A stretch of 64,000 bases of DNA. It comes from Octopus vulgaris. Its lineage: Eukaryota. Of this stretch, positions 12,015 to 24,374 are shown piece by piece. Position numbers and translations under genes: made by a program. The notes beneath the pieces were generated by a model. The model had not been told where the DNA came from and ran no database searches. It worked only from the letters and a program-made list of their open reading frames with translations. The DNA is taken from assembly GCA_951406725.2 (NCBI GenBank), contig OX597818.1, positions 127,100,001 to 127,164,000 of the forward strand. Reading direction: 5' to 3'. The first letter of the stretch is position 1; each line of letters starts with the position of its first letter.

Positions 12015-12752
12015 AACAACAAACAAGATGAGGACAAATATCCGTCAAATATAAATAATGTACATAATACACCATCTCTTAAATATAAAACTGTATTTCA
12101 AGCTTTGTCATCCACCGCGCAATAATGATAATAGCTTCTTAATGCAACATGAAACCCTAGAATGCTAAAGACTAAGAAACGGGAGAAATATTATCGAATA
12201 AATATAACAGAAATTAAATAAAAATAAAAAAATAAATAGGAACAATTATTCAGATATTTCTTAATCAAAGGACTATTGAAATGCGAAAAATTAATTTATC
12301 TAATTTCAAGAGTTGTTCAATATTTGTTTTAACGAACAACATTGTAATGCTGCAATGAGGAAAAGCATAAATTTTTGTAAAAATTCAAATATTTTATATT
12401 CTTTATAATTAAAATAGGTGATTGAATTTGTTATTGTTTGTATTATTATTATTTTTATTTGTCGGTATTTAAAGCCTGAATTTATGACGAGGTTTCGGAT
12501 CATACTGTCAGCACAGCTAAAGTTGGTGGGAATGGCCATAAACATTATAAATGTGTTACTTTCTTCCCAAGTACGTAAGCATCATATTAGTGTAATAAAT
12601 GAATTCTACATTAAAGTTAGTGCAACAAAATATATAAAGCGCAGGTGGTGGAAACTAAGTAAACAGCAATATTCGGAGCTCCAATGCCGCATGTCTTGAT
12701 TTCCTTTCATATCTGTATATAAACACAAACACACACAGATATACATATATGT

Positions 12753-12824
<72 letters not shown>

Positions 12825-12975
12825 CTATATATATATAAGTTCAGCATAAATTTAGACTCAAATGAATATGGTACTTAATTTAAATGCAGCCAATTATATA
12901 TATGGTGTTATCCATAAAAATTTGTGGGGTGATTATAATCAAAATTACCGGAGTCAATCTTGTTGCTTATTTTGA

Positions 12976-13011
<36 letters not shown>

Positions 13012-13107
13012 TATTAGATTTTATCCATTGGCTTATGCTTTTAATTGTTTGAAGCAACCACAGAAGTAGTTTCCAACTAGAATCTGATTCTAATTGGAAT
13101 ACTAATC

Positions 13108-13145
<38 letters not shown>

Positions 13146-13276
13146 TTATCCACATAAGTGGATAACTCTCTAATAATTTATGTATAAATTTGTATTTTCT
13201 CCGTAGTTTTTTGTGCTAAGCCACTTGGTGTTAAATTAATGGTATTATTAAATTAATATCGATTTTTCACCCTCAT

Positions 13277-13312
<36 letters not shown>

Positions 13313-13337
13313 TGTTTGTATATATTCTTATAAACAA

Positions 13338-13683
13338 ATACATGGTCCTGGGTTCAGTCCCACTGCGTGGCACCTTGGCCAAGTGTTTTCTACTATATCC
13401 TCGGGCCGACCAAAGCCTTGTGAGTGGATTTGGTAGACGGAAACTGAAAGAAAGCCCGTCGTATATATATATGTATATATGTGTGTTTGTGTGTCTGTTT
13501 GTCCCCCCAACATCGCTTGACAACCGATGCTGGTGTGTTTACGTCCCCGTAACTTAGCGGTTCGGCAAAAGACACCGATAGAATAAGTACTAGGCTTATA
13601 AAGAATAAGTCCTGGGGTCGATTTGCTCGAGTAAAAGCGGTGCTCCAGCATGGCCGCAGTCAAATGACTGAAACTAGTAAAGA
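13338..13683 (+). mobile_element. SINE family A, 5'-truncated
   Basis: Matches family A from GGTTCAGTCCCACTGCGTGG to GACTGAAACTAGTAAAAG. Confidence 0.92.
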
Positions 13684-13792
13684 CTATGTGTGTGTGAGAG
13701 AGAGAGCGAGAGAGAGAGGAAGAGAGAGAGAGTATGCGTATATACACTTATACATAGTCCTTACCAATCAGGTACTAAGGTATGGTTAATAG

Positions 13793-14165
13793 ACGCAGAA
13801 GTGGCTCTGTGGTTAAGGAACTCGCTTCACAATCACATAGCTGCGGCTCCATCGCACTGCGTGGCACCGTAGACAAGTGTCTTCTACTTTAGACCCGGGC
13901 CGACCAATTTTTTGTGGCTGACTTGGTAGCGGGAAGCTGTATGAAAGCCCGTCGTACATGTATATGTATTTTAGTGCCTGTTTTTGTCCCATGCTCTCTG
14001 CTTGACAACCTTTGACTGTTTACGTCCCCGTAAACTAGTTGCTCGGCAAATGGAACCAATAAGCCTTAAAAACAAATAGTGGGGGGGGGGGCATCTAATC
14101 GAGTAAACCGCTTCAAGGCGGTGCACTAGCATGGCCGTAGTCCAATGACTGATAAAAGTGAAAGA
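13793..14165 (+). mobile_element. SINE family A, diverged
   Basis: Same module order with many substitutions. Confidence 0.8.
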
Positions 14166-14235
14166 TATTTGAATAAAAAGTAATGGTAATAGAAAAACAA
14201 CTAGCGTATTTTGCCTATATAAAAGATCAATATAA

Positions 14236-14607
14236 GCGTAGGAGTGGCTGTGTGGTAAGTAGCTTGCTAACCAACCACATGGTTCCGGGTTCAGTCCCAC
14301 TGCGTGGCATCTTGGACAAGTGTCTTCTGCTATAGCCGGGCCGACCAATGCCATGTGAGTGGATTTGGTAGACGGAAACTGAAAGAAGCCTGTCGTATAT
14401 ATGTATGTGTGTGTGTGTGTTTGTGTGTCTGTGTTTGTCCCCCTAGCATTGTTTCACAACCGATGCTGGCGGCTCGGCAAAAGAGACCGATAGAATAAGT
14501 ACTGGGCTTACAAAGAATAAGTCCCGGGGTTGATTTGCTAGGGGGACTAAAGGCGGTGCTCCAGCATGGCCGCAGTCAAATGACTGAAACAAGTAAAAGA
14601 GTAAAGG
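14236..14607 (+). mobile_element. SINE family A
   Basis: GCGTAGGAGTGGCTGTGTGG head through AAACAAGTAAAAGAGTAAAG tail. Confidence 0.93.
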
Positions 14608-14644
14608 AGAGAGAGAGAGTGTTAGATCTGTAAGGTTGTAAGAA

Positions 14645-15300
14645 ATTTTAGATATTTAATTTCGGCATTTTAACTCTGTTGAATTTCGAATTCTCCGTTA
14701 AACAGTGAAAAATTTCTAGTATTTCCTTATGTGTAAACAAATACATCGAGCAGCAAAGCTTCTCCATACAAATTAGATCCAATGAGATCTTTTCTTAATA
14801 TGTTGTCCCATGTTTTCTTACACTCCAGAATTCTCATTACGTAATCTAACCATATACAAGCTTCGATTATCAGATATTTAGAATTTAAAAACGGTAAAAT
14901 ATGGAAATATTAGAAATGCATCAAAGGATCCAATTTCATTCCTTTCGAATCTATAAATTACGAAGCAGCTGTATTGCTGCATATTCCTGCAAAACCCAAT
15001 GCATCAATGACATACAAATGAAGATTTCTTCATGAAACGTATCTTCGAACAAGGCAGCGACGTGGACTCGAACACCTAGCAAGGAATATTTACAGAGAGA
15101 TTTAACCTCAGCACTGTAAGTTAGTGAATTTATTATCAGTCAGTATTACAAGCATTATCTTTAATATTTCATACATGGTAATGGTCTTGGATTTTGACTT
15201 AAAGGTTATGGTTTGTAACTAAGTGAAGACACTGTGTTACGGAGATATTTTCATCCAAGTAAAAACTTTTAGAGTCAACAAACTGCAGAAGACAAATCAA
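14645..15300 (+). mobile_element. Decayed DNA transposon derivative, possibly Academ-like
   Basis: Terminal sequence inverted relative to 1255-1300; frameshifted remnant HTNEDFFMKRIFEQ/AATW near 15010-15065. Confidence 0.3.
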
Positions 15301-15548
15301 TAGCACTATGTTGTATTCCACTGACAGTGGAAACTGCTATTAGGCTTCGTTCAAAACCGAGAACTATTAATGTTTAAAAATTCTCTTGAAAGCTACAACT
15401 AATTTAGAAAGACAAGATCCTATTTGAAAAAAAAGATAAATTAAGATAAGCAAACCTACATATAAGCTTAAATGCAAACATAAATATATGCATATGCATA
15501 CACCAGCAGACTCGAAAATAGATATATGTGCATATATATCATATATGA

Positions 15549-15597
<49 letters not shown>

Positions 15598-15600
<3 letters not shown>

Positions 15601-15768
15601 AGAGTTTACGAAAAAAACAAAAGACGAAGACAGGTGGTGTACAAAACAAACAGATGTATTAGTATAACGCTCAGGAATAGGAAAAGTCTTTTACGTTTCG
15701 AGCCTACGCTCTTCTACAGAAAGGGGCACAGAAAAAAACAAGGAGAGAAACAAGGAGAGAAAAAAATG
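15598..15768 (-). mobile_element. Penelope-like terminal fragment, family E, with hammerhead variant
   Basis: Near-identical reverse complement of 45355-45498; abuts (TA)n. Confidence 0.7.
15688..15723 (-). ncRNA. Hammerhead-like motif with variant core
   Basis: Minus strand: cttt-CTGTAGA-A-GAGC(GTAG)GCTC-GAAAC-GTA-aaag; stems I and II pair perfectly; A6 replaced by U. Confidence 0.6.
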
Positions 15769-15971
15769 TATCAGTACAAGCATATATACACTTATGCATA
15801 TGTACATCTATACAAATATGAGAACATGCATATGTGATTGCGGGCATACAGGTGTTTAGACATGCAAATATACCCGTTGAAGTTTTCTCCATTCTAATTT
15901 TTATAAAGCTTGATTCTAGGTTATGAAGCAGCTCTTTCTCTAAAAAGAATTCGAAAAATAAATCAGAGCAT

Positions 15972-16167
15972 GCATACATACATATAAATACATACATACA
16001 TACATACATACATACATACATGCATACATACATACATACATACATGCATGCATACATACATACATACATACATACATACATACATACATACATACATACA
16101 TACATACATACATACATACATACATACATACATACATACATACATACATACATACACACATACATAC
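15972..16167. repeat. (CATA)n microsatellite
   Basis: Seen directly. Confidence 0.97.
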
Positions 16168-16171
16168 GTAT

Positions 16172-16380
16172 CGGGTTCAACTTTGGCACAAAGTCAGCAA
16201 TTTTGTGAAAGGGGTAAGTCGATTATAGCGACCTCAGTAATTAACTGTTACTTTTTATGTCGTCCGCGAAAGAGTGAAAGCCAAAGTTGACCTCGGAGGT
16301 ATTTCACCTCAGAACGTAGAAACGAACGGAATTCTGCTCAGCACTTAGTCCGACGTACTAACGATTCTGCCAGTTACCCG
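16172..16380 (-). mobile_element. SINE family C, diverged
   Basis: Reverse complement of CTGGCAGAATCGTTAG...CGTTCTGAG...GAGGTCAACTTTG. Confidence 0.8.
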
Positions 16381-16402
16381 ACTTCTGCATACACACACAC
16401 AC

Positions 16403-16497
<95 letters not shown>

Positions 16498-17852
16498 TTG
16501 GGGACAGATTCCTTACGATGATCTCCGTGTATGCCCCAATCCTTTAATCTGAAGACGACGTCAAGGCTTCGTTCTACAACCTGCTGAACCGCACCATCCA
16601 GACAGTGCCCGCGCATTGTCTGTGGAATAGCATTCTTGGTCATCACAGCTTTGGGAAATGCAATGCCAATTGCCAGCTCCTCCTGGGCCTTTGCGCCGAG
16701 AACGAACTCGTCATCACAAATTCCCTATTTCGTTTCATTTTTCGACAAAAAACGACCTGGAAACTCCCGCGGCACATCCTCGACTAAGTTCTGACAAGAT
16801 CAAGGGACAGACGAGATGTACGCATCCTCCGCTTCATGTCTGGTTCAGATGACTGCCGGACGGATCACCGCCTTCTTATTTGTCGCCTTGACATCAAGAT
16901 CCGCTGCCCCACAAAGCGAGTCTCAGCAAACTTACCAACGCTTCGTTTGTGCCAAACTCCGGAACTCACAGGCATCCCAGACTTCAGGGAATCCATTCAG
17001 AGACATCTGATGGACCTCCCAGAGCCAACCTCCATTGAAGATCGCTGGCCCAGCCTTCGAGAAGCCATAACCGCTGCCGAGGAGACGATCGACTTTGTCC
17101 GGAAGAAGGACCAAGACTGGTTTGACGAGAATGATGGAACCATCTCCCGTCTGATCGAAGTCAAAATTCGGACGCGTCTAGCCCTCGAGAACTATGTCAC
17201 TGTGGAGAACAAAGGGAAACACCAGTAAGCATCAGCGGCATGCCAGCGAGGAATTCGAGAAGCTCAGAACATCTAGTGGCAGAGGAAAGCACGGGAGATG
17301 CAAAAATATGCGGACCAACGAGGCAGTTTTTTATGCCGCAACCAAGGAGATCTTCGGCCCCACAAGGTCATAAGTACGCGGCCTGAAGAACACAGCTGGC
17401 TCTACGATAATCGGTATCCAGGGAATCCTCGATTGCTGGCAGTCCCATTTCGAGTGTCTACTTAACGATCACTCATGCATTCCTGACGATCTCCTCCTCC
17501 AAAACACCCCACAGCTCCCCATCCGCCATTGGATGTTCCTGCCGCCCTCACGCCATGAGTTCAACAAGGTACTTGCGCGCATGAAGCCGCGGAAAGCTCC
17601 AAGAACAGGCAACATCTCGTTTGAGCTTTTCACGCACGGATGTCCTGAGCTGAGAAGCCATATGATGCTCCTTATACTCAAGAGCTGGGAAAGCAAGACC
17701 CACCCCCACCCCGAAGGACATCTGGAATGCAACTATCATCACCATCTACAAGAAGGGCGACCCAGATGATTGCAACAACTATCGGGGTATCTCATTGTAT
17801 TGCAAGTAAGATCTTCGCCCGTAGCCTACTCAATCGCCTCTTCATCCTCACG
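16498..17852 (+). mobile_element. RTE-clade (BovB-like) LINE fragment, pseudogenised AP endonuclease, linker and RT start
   Basis: ISVYAP; GKCNANCQLLLGLCAENELVITN; CRTDHRLL; KDQDWFDEND; KPRKAP; ATIITIYKKGDPDDCNNYRGISL; KIFARSLLNRL, with stops and frameshifts. Confidence 0.92.
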
Positions 17853-18235
17853 GATATATATAATCGACTAAAATGAATTTTAAGAGTGAAATGTGTCGCA
17901 TAAAGCTAAAAGTTCTACGTTTCACATACAGTTCGTATATAATTATGATCAACAGATGCTTCATTAAGATAAACTTTATTATATGTATAATTACATAATT
18001 GCGGTAGATGATTACTTTAAATCAATTATCTAAAATTAAACTAAAAAGGTGTTACCTTAAGTCATCAAGAATGACTTGGGGTAGGTATTATTTTATCAAA
18101 AGAGCGTACACACACACACACACACTATCTCTCACTCTCTCACACACACACACACACACACACGTAACATCTAGTAAACATAATCTTGAGAAAAGGAATT
18201 CACTTTAAATAATACACACACACTCACACACACAT

Positions 18236-18283
<48 letters not shown>

Positions 18284-18736
18284 CAGTAATACTTATCGCC
18301 ACATCGATATGGCTTTGCAACGTTACTATCTTTTAACCTCAGGCAGATCCACCGCCGGCTGGTTACCGGTGCAACCTGCACCCTGTATATATATCGTAAA
18401 CAGGGGAGCAACTCCCACCATCCTTTAGCAGACGATGGGATCACAAGACCGAACGGTTTCGGACTACTTTTTCAGTCGTGAACATCCGACTATTAGAAAT
18501 AGTAGGGATTCGCTTCAGCTCGCGATATATAGAAAAATAAGCGACCATCTGGCACTGATTTTAAAACAAAGCAGCTAGTTAGAAAACATTATCAACGATA
18601 CATATTTGGGAGTATATGGCACGTGTATATGGCATAGGCTGAAATGTGGCGCAGTGGAGGAGACTCAGGTATTTAACACCATACATTTTGGGAGATTGTT
18701 CTCCGCTGCACTAATTGCAACCTACTGGCAAGTACA

Positions 18737-18877
18737 GTCTGTCGTTACGTTCTGAGTTCAAATTCCGCCGAGGTCGACTTTGCCTTTCATCCTTTCGGGG
18801 TCGATATAATCGACTTAATCCGTTTGTCTGTCCTTGTTTGTCCCCTCTATGTTTAGCCCCTTGTGGGTAGTAAAGAA

Positions 18878-18880
<3 letters not shown>
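18737..18880 (+). mobile_element. SINE family C, tail type 1, 5'-truncated
   Basis: Nearly identical to the reverse complement of 54139-54310, with an internal deletion. Confidence 0.9.
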
Positions 18881-18938
<58 letters not shown>

Positions 18939-19964
18939 ATGAGTCAACACATATATTTATATATATATATAGACATATATTCTGTCATAAACCTACTGAA
19001 ATTCACTGTTTGGTTGATAAAAAGTTTGTTTACGATTATGGTTTAAGCTAATAAGGTTATGTACTTTAGTGTCATTTGTATAAGTTTAAATTCCATAAAT
19101 TCTGACTTTGAGTAATGGCTTCAAATTATGACAAGGTTTGTAACCCAACGAAATCTCTCGAAATTCTTACTTGTTTCTCATTTTATTGATTAATGCAGGA
19201 TGAACTAAACGCTAAACCGACATTGCTCAGATTTAATTTCACGACGTAGCGGATGCGATTACACTTCACAAAGCATTTTATCTGCCGTTCTCCAGATTCT
19301 GTGATCCACTGCACTGAATAGAGGTTAACTATAATAAAGCAGATGGGGAAAGTATCCTTAAACTCTAACCTCTCTGAACTGAGCTTCCTTACTGACTCTA
19401 TTATGGTGGCGACAAGACGGTGGAAATTATACAACGTTGAATTTAATGTGTTCAAATGAAAGAACCTCTACGTGGTCGTCACTCGATCTGCTAGAAATCG
19501 TAGAATTAGTTAGAATATCTTTAATCATACATATGTTCAGTCAGAGTTGAAATGGTGGTAAACTACAACAAAAGTGTCGTAGTTTTTACGTAGTTACGTC
19601 AACCGTACATTGTTAGTTCAAATGCAGTTAATGTCGGCTTTGAATTTTTCCCCGATGCAGTATTGTAAATACCAGTAAATCATTGACATCGACACAGCAG
19701 TCCGCGCTCTATTTCTGATTCGAAATCGATTTTTTATATCATTTGCTATGTTATTAGAAATTGTTATGTAGCCACCCAATCTATCGTCTACTGTCTGCGT
19801 AAAATAGATGGATCACTTTTGGTTTTGGTGATGAATATTCAATTGGTCGATTAACTGAAATCCTGTTCATTGAACTGGTGTCATTGGTTGAGTAAATCAA
19901 AGGTGCGTGCACCTTTAACTTAATCTATAAATAATATCAATGTGTCACACGTGAAGGGCATCCT

Positions 19965-20268
19965 CACAGTTGCGTCCACTCAATTTCACTCACAAGACTC
20001 GGGTCGACCTACAAATAAAGTGACCTTTACTCAAGATGCTATGCAGAGGGATCAAACATGTGATCTTGTGATTGCGTATCGAACTTCTGAACCATTCGAC
20101 CATGTCAGCGTATTCGTCTACTAATTCAATGTAGTAACTAGCAGAATGTTTATGGCACAGGATAAACTTTTTACGATATTTGTACCGGCTCTTTGCGTTC
20201 TGCGTTCAGGTCTCGCCATGGTCAACTTTGCTTTTCATTCTATCGAGTTTATTAAATAAAATACCAGC
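19965..20268. mobile_element. Old family A (minus, 19965-20115) and family C (plus, 20138-20268) SINE remnants
   Basis: TTTCACTCACAAG and GGTCAACTTTGCTTTTCATTC motifs. Confidence 0.55.
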
Positions 20269-21149
20269 TTAGAAAGGATTGGCGGAAATGATAAAATGAT
20301 AGACTGACGAACGCGATACCCTGTGGTACTTGTTCACTGACTTCTTTGGGTGATACATTAAACCCGTTGTTCGGTTCGACAAACCACTTGGTACTTGGAT
20401 ACTATTAGTTGAGTTCACTCTATTGCAAGCCTTTGGACGAGATATCCAGTTTGAGAACAATCTCTTTATTTTCTCTCATCAACCTCAGAAACATTGAAAC
20501 GAAAATATCTATGTTCGCTAGCATTTCCTACTCGACAAAGCAAGGAAAAGAATTTTCTTTGTTCCTCTTGTATGACCAGATACGTTGAACAATAAAATTT
20601 ACCTCTGTCTCATGAATCCAGCCTGACTGAGATCTAATATGCCAGGCCATGTTCTCTTCCTTCCACACATCACCGACCAGAATTTAGATTCAAGAATCCT
20701 GTAACATGCGATTTGCTCGTTTCGGCTATTTTGAAACTATGAATGCAGAAATAGGCAGAATTTGCTGGAAAAGATAGTGTGCGAAATTTCGTTACACGAT
20801 TCTATACAGCCAACGTTAGCTTCGCCTTTTATATTTTTGCAATCAGATTTAATTATTTCTCACAACCCAAGTGTGAAAATCTTGAGTCCAATTTAAATCA
20901 TAATTATGATCTAAATTGGACGGTGTTCTCAGAGATGACCAAGACTCATGAATTAGCTGTTATGTTACCACCATTTGCATTTTTCAAGAGTAGCCAATAT
21001 ATTTCATCAATTCCATATAATAACTATACTTTAACTGATGGAGTAGATACAGTTAACTACACCCTTTACCCTAAAGTTTGTGAAATCAGCCCCTAAACAG
21101 AAATTGTTGCCAATACATTCATTTGTAATGTCTTATTAATTAGCTCAAG

Positions 21150-21365
21150 AAGGCGGCGGGCTCGCAGTATCGTTAACTAGCCAGACAAGATGTTTAACGA
21201 TATTTCTTCTGGTTTTACGTTCTGAGTTCAAATCTCGCCGAGGTCAACTTTGCTTTTACCCTTTCGGAGACGATAAAATAAGTACTATTTGAGTACTGTA
21301 TTTTACGTAATCGACTACCCCGTTCCCGAAAAATTTCAAACCTTTTGCCTATGGCAGAAAATATT
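21150..21365 (+). mobile_element. SINE family C
   Basis: AGGCGGCGGGCTCGCAGTATCGTTA...GTTCTGAGTTCAAATCTCGCCGAGGTCAACTTTG. Confidence 0.85.
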
Positions 21366-21489
21366 ATTTATTGGTCCAACAGTATATGGCGTTAAGTATT
21401 TGCCTCTTGTAACATAACACCTTCAAGAATCGGGAAGCCACTGCATTGTAATCTTCGAAAATGAAATATTTGTCCAGAAAATACTTTAG

Positions 21490-21850
21490 GTGGCAGAAAC
21501 ATTAGCATATCGGACAAATTACCATTCCAGTAATTAGTTACGTCCTCTATATCCTGAATTTAAATCCAACCAGAATCTGATTTTATCTTATAATCTTCCA
21601 AATATTGATCAAAAATAACTACCATTGCATAGTAAAATAGATTTCAAGAGTTTACACTTATCTGTCATAATGTCAGAAATCATTATTTAGCAGACATGAA
21701 TCCATTAGCGTCATTTCATCCGTCCTTATGATCCGAGTTCAAATTCCGCCGAGGTCGACTTTGCCTTTTCATCCTTTCGGAGTCGATAAATTAAGTACCA
21801 GTGAAACGCTGGGGTCGATGTAATCGACTACTTCCCTCCTCCAAAATTCC
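21490..21850 (+). mobile_element. SINE family C fragments (old copy 21490-21640, younger copy 21705-21850)
   Basis: GAGTTCAAATTCCGCCGAGGTCGACTTTGCC...CTGGGGTCGATGTAATCGAC. Confidence 0.75.
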
Positions 21851-22705
21851 CGTTTGTTATTCTTGGGCTTCAAGTATGGGTATTATTTAATTTCTCTTTC
21901 ATTCTTTGTGTATGATGGTGAGAGACAGAGACATTTTGTTGTTGTTGATTTGAACTGTAATATGGCGAACGTGCTTGCATATGTTTGCAAGTGATGGAGA
22001 TTGTATACGGTTATAATACATCATTTCATCTGAAAAACAGACATAAATTTGAATGAGTATTACTTACACGGGTATAGTTCAACATTTTGTCAGATTTTTT
22101 TAGGTTTCATTTGTTGCTTTTATTTCCGGTGCTTTTAGATAGATGTCAAAGCAATGTTTTAACATCCCCGTCGTTTGCGGGCTAGTAAGTTATTACTGAA
22201 TTCTGTTGTTTCGTAGAAAGATACTTTGATTTTTGCTTTACTACTTTGTTATTAAGGCAATTTTCCTCTTTTTAGACTGTGTGAAAATTTATTCCTTCGA
22301 GGGGGATTTTGTGGTTTCTTTTGTAATATTTACCCATTTCTCTAAAACTACAAAGAAATTTTCCGGTAAAAAGTCAAGACAGTGAGAACAAGAATTAGAA
22401 GAGTAGTTTTCATGTTGCCTCGCAACCATTAAAACAAATCACCACCATAATCATCATCTCTTCACCATAACTGAAGACCAAACAACAACAACAATAAATA
22501 AAAATTGAAATGAAAAGAACAACTGCAGCAACAAAGAAAATGAAAACAATATTCTAACATTTTGGTATTCTTTGCCTCAATAACAAGTGATATTATGAAT
22601 CTTCATACATCACATATTTTAAAAAACTTTTTGTTCTATATTTTTCTTTATTTTTATTTTATTATTCCATTTTTTTTTACCTCTATCTTTTTTATATAAA
22701 ACTTT

Positions 22706-22965
22706 TTGGTAGCGGTATGGCAAGAAGTTTGCTTCCCAACAATGAAATTTCCGGTTCAATCCCACTGCGTGACACCTCTTGAACGTTTCTACTATAGTCA
22801 CGATCCGACCAAAGCGTTGCGAGTGGGTTTGATAGATGGAAATAGAAAAGAGCCTGTCCTATGTTTGTGTGTGTGTGTATATATGTGTCTTTCTATCTAT
22901 GTTTTCCCACCTCTCCACCGCTTGGCAACTGGTATCGGTGTGTTTACGACCCCCTTGTTTAGCGG
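22706..22965 (+). mobile_element. SINE family A, diverged, 3'-truncated
   Basis: CCGGTTCAATCCCACTGCGTGACACC...CCGACCAAAGCGTTGCGAGTGG. Confidence 0.8.
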
Positions 22966-23469
22966 TCCTTACGCTGTAACACTGTATAGTGTTATTCAGG
23001 CACTCCACTGTGGGTCCCCCACATCTTATAATGGAAACAGCTGTAAGCTAATTAAGTTCATAAGGTAATTGTTTATTATTTCGTATTCTCTTTCTTACGA
23101 CCGCTCTGTACTTGAATAATGCTTCGTTCAGAAGCATGTGTATGTGTGTGTGTGTGTGTGTGGGTGGATGAGTGAGTGCAATAACAACACATGGATTGTG
23201 ATTCACTACAGTTGTTTCCGATTTATTTTTTATTGATGAACAGAAGTATTGCATTATGCAAAGCAAATAGATAAATAAAAACGCTTTCATCAGATGAGTA
23301 GAGGTAACAATTAACAATTAGAACTTCTCAAGGGAAATGATAAAATACCTGATGACTTGACCGATTAAAATTCGGTCAGTTATACATTGCTGGCACATAG
23401 TCTTGCTTTCACTATCTAAATACCTGGTTCTCTCAAATCCTGGAAATTTTGTTATATATATATATATAT

Positions 23470-24140
23470 ATATTATTTTAATTTCGTAATTTTAAGTTTA
23501 AATACCCACACTTTTAAACTTTACGATTTTATTTTTCTACTCTTCTTAACTTTTACTATAATTTATTTTGTTCATTATTTTCATTGTTTATCTATCATTT
23601 TTAAGCGTTAATTTTTCATTAATTTCTGCTTCTAGCTTTTAACCTTTTAATTTTCTCAATGTTTTAATTATTAAATTTCAGTTTTAGGTCTAAGTTTTTT
23701 AATTTTATTTTTAACTTCTTAATTTTTGTTTTCAAAATTTTTAGTACTTTCAATTTTCAACTTTTTAATCTTTCAATTTAAATTTTCATATTATTTTTAT
23801 TATTTGATATTTACTGTCACATTCAGATTTAATTTTTTTAATATCAAGTCATCTTAATCAAATTTTAAGTGTTAATTAATTACTTTTAAATAATTAATTT
23901 CTTAATAACTTTTTTTACAATTTTGTAATTTTGTAATTTCTGCATTTTTTAAAATTATTTTGTAATTTTTAATATTATTTTCAATTAACATTTTTTTAAA
24001 ACATTTTGATCTTTATCTATACTTTTTTCAATCGTTTAAATTTTAATGTTTTAATTTTTTAGTCATTTAATTTTTCATTTTTATTTTTATTTCAATTTAA
24101 TGTTTTATTTCATTTTGGACATACACAATATTTTTTTTAT
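23470..24140. repeat. T-rich low-complexity tract
   Basis: Strongly T-skewed and almost free of G/C. Confidence 0.8.
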
Positions 24141-24308
24141 CCACAGTCACGTAATCTTTTACAGTTCTGTTGTTCCCCTTGAATGGTCAATCGGTCCCTT
24201 GGGTCACACAAAAGTTCTTCCTGAATTCAAACATCTAACCGTTAGAGAAAATTGAATAAATTGCTACCGAACGACTCCAAGTTATGAATGTGTTCCATGC
24301 TTGTATTG

Positions 24309-24367
<59 letters not shown>

Positions 24368-24374
<7 letters not shown>

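Larger units (their letters stand above)
11394..12095 (+). mobile_element. Penelope-like retroelement 3' end (GIY-YIG C-terminus plus terminal repeat)
   Basis: [34 protein letters not shown] (stop at 11527) resembles the C-terminus of Penelope GIY-YIG endonucleases; followed by a tRNA-like cassette, (AAT)n and a hammerhead. Confidence 0.8.

Noticed and set aside
13146-13154. DnaA box TTATCCACA
   Set aside because: Chance 9-mer in a eukaryotic hairpin.
20779-21096. 105-aa ORF
   Set aside because: GTG start, no recognisable domain or splice context; more likely an unclassified repeat.
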